Of a stretch of 64,000 bases of DNA, positions 1 to 8,231 are shown piece after piece (within the stretch, counting starts at the first letter, position 1; each line of letters starts with the position of its first letter). The DNA is from a virus (Duplodnaviria; Caudoviricetes): the IMG/VR virus record IMGVR_UViG_3300032320_002249, positions 24,851 through 88,850 of that record. One strand, written 5' to 3'. The notes under the pieces are model-generated. The model did no database searches, was not told the origin of the DNA, and saw nothing but the letters and a program-made list of their open reading frames with translations. A program made the position numbers and the translations under genes.

Positions 1-1
1 A

Positions 2-85
2 GAAGACATTATTATGCTAGTAAGGGCAACTGATTTTATTGTTAACAGTTATTATGAGAGTAAAGGTCACCGAATTTATTCTTAA
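2..85 (+). CDS. 3' end of an LRV/HEAT-like repeat protein (array member 1, truncated by the window edge)
   Basis: Manual translation EDIIMLVRATDFIVNSYYESKGHRIYS* matches the C-cap motif (ED.I.L.RA..FI) shared by all downstream paralogs. Confidence 0.85.
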   Translation, partial: EDIIMLVRATDFIVNSYYESKGHRIYS

Positions 86-87
86 CC

Positions 88-508
88 ATGAATTATACCA
101 AAAAAAATAAGACTAGCTAACAATCCAAATACATCACCTGAGATGTTATCACGTCTCTCTAAGGATCATAATCTTTGGGTTCGTTGTCATATTGCAAGGA
201 ATCCCAATACACCAACAAATGATCTCATAAAACTTACCAGGGATACCTCTCCCACAGTTCGACTGTGCCTTGCACATAGGGCCAATTTAACAACTGAGAT
301 TCTTTGTATTCTTAGTAAAGATTTTTCCTGGGACGTTAGAAGGGCAGTATCCTTTAATCCTAATACACCATTAGATATTCTTATGGAACTTGCTAGAGAT
401 AGTAGTAGTCTAGTTCGTGGCAAGGTTATAAACAATCCCAAGGCCCCGGAAGATGCTATCATACTAGCCAGGGCCATTAATTTTATTATATCTATGAGGT
501 TCTTATGA
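88..508 (+). CDS. LRV/HEAT-like repeat protein 2 (4 repeats + C-cap); A8-tract frameshift near the 5' end
   Basis: The ORF from 143 has NPNTP..L..L..D....VR..VA repeats. ATG at 88 gives MNYTKK-IRLANNPNTSPEML only if one A is removed from A8 (100-107), which restores register with paralog MNYLDKYKIAGDPNTSPETL. Confidence 0.8.
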
Positions 509-945
509 GCTACTATGATGAGAAATTTATTCAAAGGGTGATGCTAGCTAGGAATCCAAATACATCGCCTGATGTGTTATTAAGTCTTTCTAGAGATATT
601 ACCATTCATATTCGATGTGATGTTGTAACTAATCCTTCTGTCACAACGGAAATCCTAGAAATCCTTAGTAAGGATACTTCTTGGCTTGTTCGGGCTGTAG
701 TCGCCAATACCACCAAAACACCTCCAGGCATTCTTAGGAAACTTGCTGGAGATGCAGCTGAGCGTGTAAGGTGTATGGTTGCCTCTAATCCTAGTACCCC
801 ACCTGATGTTATTATGACCCTTGCTGGGGATGGGGATTGGTGGGTAAGGAATGGTGTCATATTGAACCCCAAGGCCACAGAGGATGTTATAATGTTAACC
901 AGGGCCATTGGTTTTATTGGATCTATTAAAAACATTACACCATGA
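505..945 (+). CDS. LRV/HEAT-like repeat protein 3 (4 repeats + C-cap)
   Basis: 26-aa repeats (78-nt period, e.g. 787 to 865); C-cap NPKATEDVIMLTRAIGFI; ATGA overlap with the previous gene. Confidence 0.9.
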   Translation: MSYYDEKFIQRVMLARNPNTSPDVLLSLSRDITIHIRCDVVTNPSVTTEILEILSKDTSWLVRAVVANTTKTPPGILRKLAGDAAERVRCMVASNPSTPPDVIMTLAGDGDWWVRNGVILNPKATEDVIMLTRAIGFIGSIKNITP

Positions 946-1442
946 ATTATCTTGACAAATATAAAATTGCTGGTGATCCAAATACCTCACCCGAGACCTT
1001 ATCAATTCTTGCTAGGGATGATAATTCTAGTGTTCGTTATAAGGTAGCAGGTAATCCTAATTGTCCACCAAAAATCCTAGAAATTCTTAGTGAGGATCTC
1101 GATAATTCGGTTCGGACAAGGGTTGCATTTAACAAGAATACACCCCAGAAAATTCTGGAAATTCTTAGTAAGGAGAGTGATTACTGGATTCTAAGAACAG
1201 TAGCACAAAATCCCAATAATTCCTTGGACACCCTTAGGAAACTTTCTAGGTCAAATTATAGATGGATCAGATCTTTAGTTGCCTCTAATCCTAGTACCCC
1301 ACCTGATGTTCTTATGACCCTTGCTGGGGATGAGGATGAACTGGTTCGTCGTTGGATCGGACGCAACCCAAGTGCCCCGGAGGATGCTATCATACTGGTC
1401 AGGGCCATTAGTTTCATGGAGGACCTAATGTATGGATTATAG
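942..1442 (+). CDS. LRV/HEAT-like repeat protein 4 (5 repeats + C-cap)
   Basis: Same repeat framework; C-cap NPSAPEDAIILVRAISFM. Confidence 0.9.
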   Translation: MNYLDKYKIAGDPNTSPETLSILARDDNSSVRYKVAGNPNCPPKILEILSEDLDNSVRTRVAFNKNTPQKILEILSKESDYWILRTVAQNPNNSLDTLRKLSRSNYRWIRSLVASNPSTPPDVLMTLAGDEDELVRRWIGRNPSAPEDAIILVRAISFMEDLMYGL

Positions 1443-1923
1443 TTATTTGTTAGATCTCGCTAAGGATCCCAGAACCTCACCAGAGGTTCTATTAAATCTT
1501 GCTCATTCGGTATATTGGGTTGTCAGGAAATATGTTGCAGATAACCCAAAATGTCCCCCCGAGGCCCTATCAATTCTTGCTGGGGATGAGAATGTTAGTG
1601 TTCGCAGTTCCGTGGCATATAATACCAGAACCCCACTAGAGGACCTTAGGAGGCTTGCAAAGGATGGTCGCTCGGCGGTTAGGCTAGAAGTAGCCAATAA
1701 CACCAAAACCCCTCCAGAGGCCCTTAGGGAGCTTGCTGGGGATTTCTATGAGTCTGTCAAAAATTATGTTGCCCAAAACCCCAATACTCCACCGGATGTT
1801 CTTATGGAATTTGCTGGTGGTAAATCTACATTTCATCGTAGGGCAATTGTAAGAAACCCAAATGCCACGGAGGATGCTATCATGTTAGCAAAGGCCCTTG
1901 ATTTTATTCAATATTATGGATAG
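1432..1923 (+). CDS. LRV/HEAT-like repeat protein 5 (5 repeats + C-cap)
   Basis: Same repeat framework; C-cap NPNATEDAIMLAKALDFI. Confidence 0.9.
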   Translation: MDYSYLLDLAKDPRTSPEVLLNLAHSVYWVVRKYVADNPKCPPEALSILAGDENVSVRSSVAYNTRTPLEDLRRLAKDGRSAVRLEVANNTKTPPEALRELAGDFYESVKNYVAQNPNTPPDVLMEFAGGKSTFHRRAIVRNPNATEDAIMLAKALDFIQYYG

Positions 1924-2329
1924 TGTAAAATTTGATCTCGCAAGGAATCCTAATACAACCCCAGAAACTCTTAGGGAGCTTGCTGGAGACAAGGAACCTT
2001 ATGTTAGGGAATTAGTTGCAAATAACCCAAATTGTCCCCCAGAGGTCCTATCAATTCTTGCTGGTGATAAAGATTATCATGTGAGATATAATGTCGCTAG
2101 GAATATTAATACTCCTCCAGATTCTCTTAGGGAGCTTGCTTGTGATAAAGATGTTTCTGTCAGGAATTATGTTGCCCAAAACCCCAATACTCCACCGGAT
2201 GTTCTTATGGAGCTTGCTGGTGATAAATTTCCTCTTGTAAGATATGAAGTTCGGCACAATCCAAAGTCCCCGGAGGATGCTATCATGTTATCAATGGCCC
2301 TTGATTTTGTTCTTTATGAATTATCTTGA
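1916..2329 (+). CDS. LRV/HEAT-like repeat protein 6 (4 repeats + C-cap)
   Basis: Start moved to ATG 1916 (MDSVKFDLARNPNTTPETL) by comparison with paralogs; C-cap NPKSPEDAIMLSMALDFV. Confidence 0.9.
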   Translation: MDSVKFDLARNPNTTPETLRELAGDKEPYVRELVANNPNCPPEVLSILAGDKDYHVRYNVARNINTPPDSLRELACDKDVSVRNYVAQNPNTPPDVLMELAGDKFPLVRYEVRHNPKSPEDAIMLSMALDFVLYELS

Positions 2330-2572
2330 AAAATGATTTTGGCAAACAGTCCAGATACTCTACCAGAAACTCTAGGCATCCTTTCTATGGATTCTGATTC
2401 TGTTATTCGTCATTTGGTTGCACTAAATCCTTCTACTCCACCTGAGGCTCTTAGAGAACTTGCTTCTGATCTTCTTTCTCAGGTTCGTGATGGGGTTCTA
2501 TACAATCCTAATGTTACCGAAGAAATTATACTTTTATCTAAGGGAATCGCATTCATTTTAAAAAATAAATAG
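2316..2572 (+). CDS. LRV/HEAT-like repeat protein 7 (2 repeats + C-cap); A5-tract frameshift near the 5' end, with an in-frame ATG at 2333
   Basis: Adding one A to A5 (2329-2333) gives MNYLEKMILANSPDTLPETL, in exact register with MNYLDKYKIAGDPNTSPETL; C-cap NPNVTEEIILLSKGIAFI. Confidence 0.8.
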
Positions 2573-2596
2573 TAATTATTAGAGACACTTGCACCG

Positions 2597-4282
2597 ATGG
2601 TTACTTATTCAGAGTTTATACAAATTGCAGAGAGATATTATCAACCAGATGAACCTCTACAATCAGGAAAAACCCCATATGGTAAGGCAGTTTCTTCTAC
2701 CTATAGACAGAAAGGAGAATTCAAAAGATCCTCTCCAGATAAGAAAACCCCGGATGCAGAGTCTCGTATTGAAAGGCAACGTCGTAACACTTACTCAAAA
2801 GTAAAACACGGGGCAGATAATCCTAATTTTAATTTAACCCCTGATTCTAATTATGATGTGAAAGGAAAAGGAGGCGATAATCTAGAAGTGACAGATACTA
2901 AACGTGGATATTCAATGCAATTATCTAGGTTAAATTCTACTGTTATGGGTAAGCCCGAATATGATGTTACATGGACCAACAAAAATAGAAGAAGAGATGG
3001 AGCTAATCCTGGAAAATCCAGAAGGGTAGTTAGGGATATTACTCGTATGTGGAAGCAACAGGTGTCGCCTCGTCTTCCTTATAATTCTGTATTATCAAAC
3101 TATCCCCAATTTAATGATACAAGTGACAGAAATACAAGAGCTAAGTTTTATTCAAAGTATGCTGGATTCGGTGATATGGCTGACTTTGATAGTGCCCAAT
3201 ATGCAAAGGTAGAAAGAGAACCCTCATCCCGCCAAGCCGCAAAAGGAGTATTACGAACTAAACCTATAGATGCCCGTGCTGCAGAAGATAGTATAGTGGA
3301 TCTTAGTAGTAAGATTCGCGCAAGATTAGATGCTACAAGACAGCATAAGCCAATTCCACGCCAAACAGAACCCCGTAAAATTGCACCTGCCAAACCATCG
3401 AGACCATCTATTATTTCACCTCCAATTAGATCATCAGTTCAACGTTTTAGACCAATAACACCAAAACTTCGTGGAAGACTTGCCCTGGCTGGAGCTGCCC
3501 TTACTGGTGCCGGGGCCTTGTATGATTTAATGAGGTCTAAAAGAAAAAAGCCATTCGGTGAAAGTGTAGTATTGAGAGCCCTTAGATCTGCTAGAAATAT
3601 TAGAAGATTATCTTCCTTGCTACCTGGACCTAGATCTACTGGTTATAAAAAACAACTTACAGTAGGTCCAAGTAAAAGTATTGTAGGTCTAGAACGCCAA
3701 AGAAAAGATAGTTCAACTAGGGCCGCATTTCGTAGGGCTGGAATGAATAGATCTCAGGAAGGTGGTAATAGAATAAGATTTAATTCTACAGATGAAAAGA
3801 ATAAATTCTCTAAAACCGCTATATCTTCATATCCATCCCAATCCTCGTATGCCCTAGATATGATTCCTGATAAAGTAAAGGAAAGAATGTATGGTAATGG
3901 AGTGAGATCAACTCAAGAAAGATCCTTATATTTAAGAAGATTAAGAAGACAACTTGGAGGAAGTCGTACTAGAAGAGGTGTTCATAATGTAGATATTTTA
4001 CCTAGGGGTAGTTATATGAAAAATGATCCAAAAGAGTTAGTTAGTAGGGGAAAGGAGTACAATAGGGTTGTTAGGGAACTACCCCAGGAAGTGAAAAATG
4101 TAGGTGGAAATAGGGGGGATAAGATTGTAGGAAAGGCATCTGAGGTCATGATTGGAGCAACTGATACTGAGAAAGGAAGAAGAAAAAGAAGGGATTTATA
4201 TTCAAGAGCACTCGGAGCAAGTTCCTGGGATCCAATTACAAGAGTTCAGGTTGCTAGTATAAGAGAAGAATTGATGTATTAA
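2597..4282 (+). CDS. Highly basic 561-aa protein, probable internal head (poly)protein
   Basis: N-terminus MVTYSEFIQIAE resembles the T4 internal-protein capsid-targeting sequence MKTYQEFIAE; R/K-rich; late-promoter-like AATAAATA at 2564-2571. Confidence 0.6.
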   Translation: MVTYSEFIQIAERYYQPDEPLQSGKTPYGKAVSSTYRQKGEFKRSSPDKKTPDAESRIERQRRNTYSKVKHGADNPNFNLTPDSNYDVKGKGGDNLEVTDTKRGYSMQLSRLNSTVMGKPEYDVTWTNKNRRRDGANPGKSRRVVRDITRMWKQQVSPRLPYNSVLSNYPQFNDTSDRNTRAKFYSKYAGFGDMADFDSAQYAKVEREPSSRQAAKGVLRTKPIDARAAEDSIVDLSSKIRARLDATRQHKPIPRQTEPRKIAPAKPSRPSIISPPIRSSVQRFRPITPKLRGRLALAGAALTGAGALYDLMRSKRKKPFGESVVLRALRSARNIRRLSSLLPGPRSTGYKKQLTVGPSKSIVGLERQRKDSSTRAAFRRAGMNRSQEGGNRIRFNSTDEKNKFSKTAISSYPSQSSYALDMIPDKVKERMYGNGVRSTQERSLYLRRLRRQLGGSRTRRGVHNVDILPRGSYMKNDPKELVSRGKEYNRVVRELPQEVKNVGGNRGDKIVGKASEVMIGATDTEKGRRKRRDLYSRALGASSWDPITRVQVASIREELMY

Positions 4283-4354
4283 AAAATGTATTAAAAAATA
4301 TAATGCTGTGTTTTTGTTAGGACGTTAAATGATAAAAAAATCTTATGTGAATAG

Positions 4355-4630
4355 ACTTATAATGATCTTATAAACATACCTATAATAGCCTTATAATGTC
4401 TAAATGATCTTATAAACATAGCCTTATAATAGCCTTATAATTCCCTTATAAACATACCCTTATAATAGCCTTATAATGCCTAAATGATCTTATAAACATA
4501 TAAACATACCTATAATAGCCTTATAATATCCTTATAAACATAGCCTTATAATAGCCTTATAATAGCCTTATAATTCCCTTATAAACATACCCTTATAATG
4601 TCCTTATAATGCCTAAATGATCTTATAAAC
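4355..4630. repeat. AT-rich degenerate tandem array of CTTATAA units
   Basis: About 19 CTTATAA copies by eye plus several degenerate ones; the commonest unit TAGCCTTATAA is 11 bp; no ORF. Confidence 0.95.
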
Positions 4631-4792
4631 CCCTCTGGGACTTGTGGACTAAGCCCGCAAGAACTCACACGGGCCTCTATAACACACCCAGGCCCGCGAA
4701 AATTTCTACCAGGGACACTTAAAAAACTGGCATAAGGCCCATACATACCTCATAGGTTTCTCCTATAATAACGACTTGGACACAGAGGACTT

Positions 4793-4939
4793 ATGGATTT
4801 CGAGGCATATACCACTGAAGGCTACGAATATAATGACCCCGGAGATCTCGATGGGGATTATATGAATCTCGACGATCTTCTACAAGAAGAACTAGAGGAT
4901 CGTGCATTTTATATCAACGAACGCATGTTAGTATCATGA
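4793..4939 (+). CDS. Small acidic hypothetical protein (48 aa)
   Basis: Manual ORF MDFEAYTTEGYEYNDPGDLDGDYMNLDDLLQEELEDRAFYINERMLVS with a GAGGA RBS, after the promoter cassette at 4712. Confidence 0.7.
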   Translation: MDFEAYTTEGYEYNDPGDLDGDYMNLDDLLQEELEDRAFYINERMLVS

Positions 4940-5100
4940 ATATTCCAAGGAAACAGCATAAGGTCGTCATTCTAGATGTTGAGTCTTATGATGACCTTCA
5001 TCTAGATCAGCTAGATTGGCACAAACTTCTAAATCTAGAAGGAAGCGAACAGGTTTCTGTAAAGATAAAGGAACCTTATGAAAGCCTTCTTCATAATTGA
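4936..5100 (+). CDS. Small hypothetical protein (54 aa)
   Basis: Manual ORF MNIPRKQHKVVILDVESYDDLHLDQLDWHKLLNLEGSEQV...; ATGA overlap with the previous gene. Confidence 0.7.
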   Translation: MNIPRKQHKVVILDVESYDDLHLDQLDWHKLLNLEGSEQVSVKIKEPYESLLHN

Positions 5101-5137
5101 CCAAAATCTCGACTAGGCCCACCCTTACCTTATAATT

Positions 5138-5455
5138 ATGGACTACCATCAAATTAATCAGATTAACGAGAAAATCAAAGATCTTCAAAAAGAACTCGAC
5201 AGTCTCATTGAGAAAAAGAAAACTTTAGAGGATAGCTTTATTCCCGAAGGGTTTAATCCAGTATGTGCTGAAAAGTGTGTTAATGGAAAAAATTGCCTTA
5301 GATTGGCATTTAGATGGAGTAGTACCCCACAAGGAGATGAATATTGGCGACAACGAACATATGCCCCTACTCTTGATCCTCTAGATACAATCATCATTCT
5401 AAAATGGATTGTAAACTATTATAAGGCCAAGGCCGGCTGTGGGTGCCAAAAATAA
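5138..5455 (+). CDS. Coiled-coil plus F.W..TPQG..YW domain protein (paralog family member 1)
   Basis: N-terminal heptads, AFRWSSTPQGDEYW, LKWIVNYY. Confidence 0.8.
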   Translation: MDYHQINQINEKIKDLQKELDSLIEKKKTLEDSFIPEGFNPVCAEKCVNGKNCLRLAFRWSSTPQGDEYWRQRTYAPTLDPLDTIIILKWIVNYYKAKAGCGCQK

Positions 5456-5524
5456 TACTGTCCACCCAAATCTCGACTAGGCCCAGGCACACCTTATAAT
5501 AAGAAACGTCACCCACAGCATCTC

Positions 5525-5851
5525 ATGAACATTCTAGAAATCAACAAAGAAATTAAAGCGTGCGAAAATAAACTCGTATCTCTCAAGGAACAACGTCAGA
5601 GATGTTTCGAGTCTGTTGATTTTTATCCTCCAGATACGGTGGTTTTAAAATTTGATCCCCCCGACATTCTTAGGATTCTTTCTGGTTCTTTAGATATTCA
5701 ACATCTTAACTCTTGTTTTGACTGGAGTATAACCCCACAAGGATACCAATATTGGGATGGGGTCTCAATGGAGAAAACTCTTTCTAATGAGAATCGGCTA
5801 ATTCTGCTCAATTGGATAACGAATTATTACCGTAAGAACCCGACAGTTTGA
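5525..5851 (+). CDS. Coiled-coil plus F.W..TPQG..YW domain protein (member 2)
   Basis: CFDWSITPQGYQYW and LNWITNYY, paralogous to 5138; has its own promoter cassette. Confidence 0.8.
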   Translation: MNILEINKEIKACENKLVSLKEQRQRCFESVDFYPPDTVVLKFDPPDILRILSGSLDIQHLNSCFDWSITPQGYQYWDGVSMEKTLSNENRLILLNWITNYYRKNPTV

Positions 5852-5923
5852 GAACTGTCCACCAGGGCTCCCTAGTAGGGGGCCTTTCTTGTTACCTTAT
5901 AAGGGTCCCGCCAAGTCACCCAC

Positions 5924-6619
5924 ATGGATCGCAAGGCGCTTTACGAAAAAATTCATGCAATGCTCCGACTCCAGGAGAGCACCAACTTTGAGGGAGAGGC
6001 CGCTGCGGCAGCCGCCCTCATTGATAAGCTCTGTCGGCAGTATGGTGTTACCCTTGATGACATTCTTACCCCAGAGGTCATTGAAGAAGTCTTTGCAGTA
6101 CAGAAGAAACTCAACAATGCAGAGTTCATGTTGTTTACTGCAGTGGGACGATTCTATGATGCTGCACCTATTCTGAGGAAAGTTAACGTCTCTGGACAAC
6201 GGGCTCAGCAGAAATTCGTCTGCGTGGGCACCGAGGCCCAGCAGATTCAGACTAAGCTCTATTACGAATATCTCCATGAGGTTATGGAGAGGGAGTGCAA
6301 AAAGGCCCTTACTGCGGAGAAACTGCTTGCCGAGATCCAGGGCAAGACCTTCCTTGCATATGGTTTTAGCACAAATTTCAAAAAGGCATTTGTCGAAAAG
6401 GTCGAATCTCGTCTTAATGAGATCAAAAAGGCCCAGGGGGATCATCCCCATAAGAACTACACCCTGGCGGTCTATAAGAAGATGAAGCTGGGAACTATCA
6501 AGTCCACTTATAAGATGGGTGCTGGTGCCATGGCTGGGGCACAGGTAGGGGCCTCTGTGGGGCTTTCTAAGCAGGCTAGTGGGGCTGCCAGCACTCCTAT
6601 GCTGTCAGGGTCCTTCTAG
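5924..6619 (+). CDS. DUF2786-like domain protein
   Basis: N-terminal KIHAMLRLQESTNFEGEAAAAAALIDKLCRQYGV matches the recalled DUF2786 pattern (KI.KLL.LA.S.N..EA..A...A..LM.KY). Confidence 0.7.
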   Translation: MDRKALYEKIHAMLRLQESTNFEGEAAAAAALIDKLCRQYGVTLDDILTPEVIEEVFAVQKKLNNAEFMLFTAVGRFYDAAPILRKVNVSGQRAQQKFVCVGTEAQQIQTKLYYEYLHEVMERECKKALTAEKLLAEIQGKTFLAYGFSTNFKKAFVEKVESRLNEIKKAQGDHPHKNYTLAVYKKMKLGTIKSTYKMGAGAMAGAQVGASVGLSKQASGAASTPMLSGSF

Positions 6620-6717
6620 GGGCTTCTGGGTGCCGGTTCAACAACTGGCACCCTATCCGGTCCACCCGGCATCCCTGGTTCTTATAGTTTGATTGTTCAA
6701 CCATTTAACACACACCC

Positions 6718-7026
6718 ATGACTGTTCTCGATTACACCAAGCTGAGTGAGGATGCTGCTCAGATGGTCATGACTGCTGCTGAAGAGGCCGCATCTATTCT
6801 GGATGACATTTATGATCGGGACACCGAATCCCGTGATAATGCTGTCCAGGAACTCTGTGATGAGGCAGGTATCGCCAATGATCCTGAAGTGAATGGTGAT
6901 GAGATCAATGATCTTATCATCGAAAACGAGGATACCCTGCGCGTCAACTACATCAATGATACCTATGGTGAGGGGGTTGATAATCCTCTTGCTGAGGGTG
7001 AACTTGAGGAAGGGGACGAAGACTGA
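6718..7026 (+). CDS. Very acidic 102-aa protein (candidate DNA mimic)
   Basis: 32 D/E versus 4 K/R by manual count; has its own promoter cassette at 6630. Confidence 0.8.
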   Translation: MTVLDYTKLSEDAAQMVMTAAEEAASILDDIYDRDTESRDNAVQELCDEAGIANDPEVNGDEINDLIIENEDTLRVNYINDTYGEGVDNPLAEGELEEGDED

Positions 7027-7104
7027 TCTGGCACACTTCTAGGGGATCTGGGCTTCCGGGTCCCCTATTCTTCTAGAAGCCCCTACAACGTTTTTAAACC
7101 ACCT

Positions 7105-7605
7105 ATGGCTACCAACTACCGCAGGCTGTCCGTTGATCTTCTGAACTGGCTTGCAGCCGCCCCTGAGGGGGATCGGCGGGCCTATCGGATCACTTCAGAG
7201 TTCGCCATTCGTCATCCCAACTTCTTTGGCGAATTCATCAAGAACGATAATTACCTCGACTTCCTCCATTCTATGTTGAGGAGTAATTCTCTCTGTGAGG
7301 GTAATACCATTGCTATTCGCCTGGTCAAGAAGCACCGGAAAGAGATGGTGATTATCTATAAGGATCTCATCAAGAATACCCAGGTTCTCATCAAGAATAC
7401 CCAGGCTCCTCCTACTCACCGGCATTTGAACTGGCTTTGGTCAGACCTTATAAACACCGAACTTCATAAACTCATTGCAGAAGATACTGGCCGCCTCAAT
7501 AAAATCCGTTATATTAAACGGGTCAGAGAATTGTCCGGCCTGGGACTGCGTGATGCTAAGGGCATTGTGGATCGCCTGTATGATACTGCTTTTAGGGGGG
7601 ATTGA
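7105..7605 (+). CDS. Protein with a C-terminal ribosomal protein bL12 (L7/L12) CTD-like motif
   Basis: NKIRYIKRVRELSGLGLRDAKGIVDRL resembles the bL12 signature KI.VIK.VR..TGLGLKEAK..VE. Confidence 0.65.
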   Translation: MATNYRRLSVDLLNWLAAAPEGDRRAYRITSEFAIRHPNFFGEFIKNDNYLDFLHSMLRSNSLCEGNTIAIRLVKKHRKEMVIIYKDLIKNTQVLIKNTQAPPTHRHLNWLWSDLINTELHKLIAEDTGRLNKIRYIKRVRELSGLGLRDAKGIVDRLYDTAFRGD

Positions 7606-7712
7606 CAGACCTGGCCTTCTGTGACTAGAATAGCTATGTCTGGCGCAACCGGGTCGTATAAGAACCCTTAAGGAACTTATAGGACCCTTACAAATCTTTA
7701 GGAGGCAAACTA

Positions 7713-8021
7713 ATGCAATCTGTTCAATTCAATCATATTGACCAAATGATTATCCAACAGATCGTTATGGTCAATATCCGAAAGGACATTGATTATACCG
7801 TTAATCAGATCAAGGAATTCCTTTCTGACAGGTTTCCTAATGTCCTGTTTCAAGTCATTGTTGAGGATAAGGGATCCAATAGGTCCCTTCATATTAAGAG
7901 TGACGCCCGACTTGATAATGTCGTGTTCCACCACAATCGTCCCAATGATGATCGATCTGTAGAAGAAAAGGCCGCAGAACTTGAGGTTACTGTAGATTAT
8001 TACATGATGGAGTTCCAGTAA
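7713..8021 (+). CDS. Hypothetical protein
   Basis: Upstream TTGACA-18-TAGAAT promoter (7602-7631) and AGGAGG RBS. Confidence 0.75.
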   Translation: MQSVQFNHIDQMIIQQIVMVNIRKDIDYTVNQIKEFLSDRFPNVLFQVIVEDKGSNRSLHIKSDARLDNVVFHHNRPNDDRSVEEKAAELEVTVDYYMMEFQ

Positions 8022-8023
8022 TT

Positions 8024-8152
8024 ATGTCAATGTATTATGATGATGAGCAATATTATGATGATGACTATGAGGAACAAAATCTAGACGATGAATCAGAGGA
8101 AGTTACTCTAGATGAATTCGTCAAAAAACTTAATGGTCAATATGACTTTTGA
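8024..8152 (+). CDS. Small acidic peptide (42 aa)
   Basis: Manual ORF MSMYYDDEQYYDDDYEEQNLDDESEEVTLDEFVKKLNGQYDF, ending at the next cassette. Confidence 0.6.
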   Translation: MSMYYDDEQYYDDDYEEQNLDDESEEVTLDEFVKKLNGQYDF

Positions 8153-8231
8153 GGACAGTTCATCAAGTGTCCACTGATCATTCCACCATCCCACTTTCCC
8201 CACTATCATAAAGAAGTCTTAAATCAGACCT

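Noticed and set aside
781-1337. Diversity-generating retroelement TR/VR pair in the LRV array
   Set aside because: Only two mismatches, in opposite directions with respect to A; both copies lie in conserved framework codons; no reverse transcriptase in the window.
4355-4630. CRISPR array
   Set aside because: Units are 7-20 bp degenerate tandem repeats with no unique spacers, and there are no cas genes.
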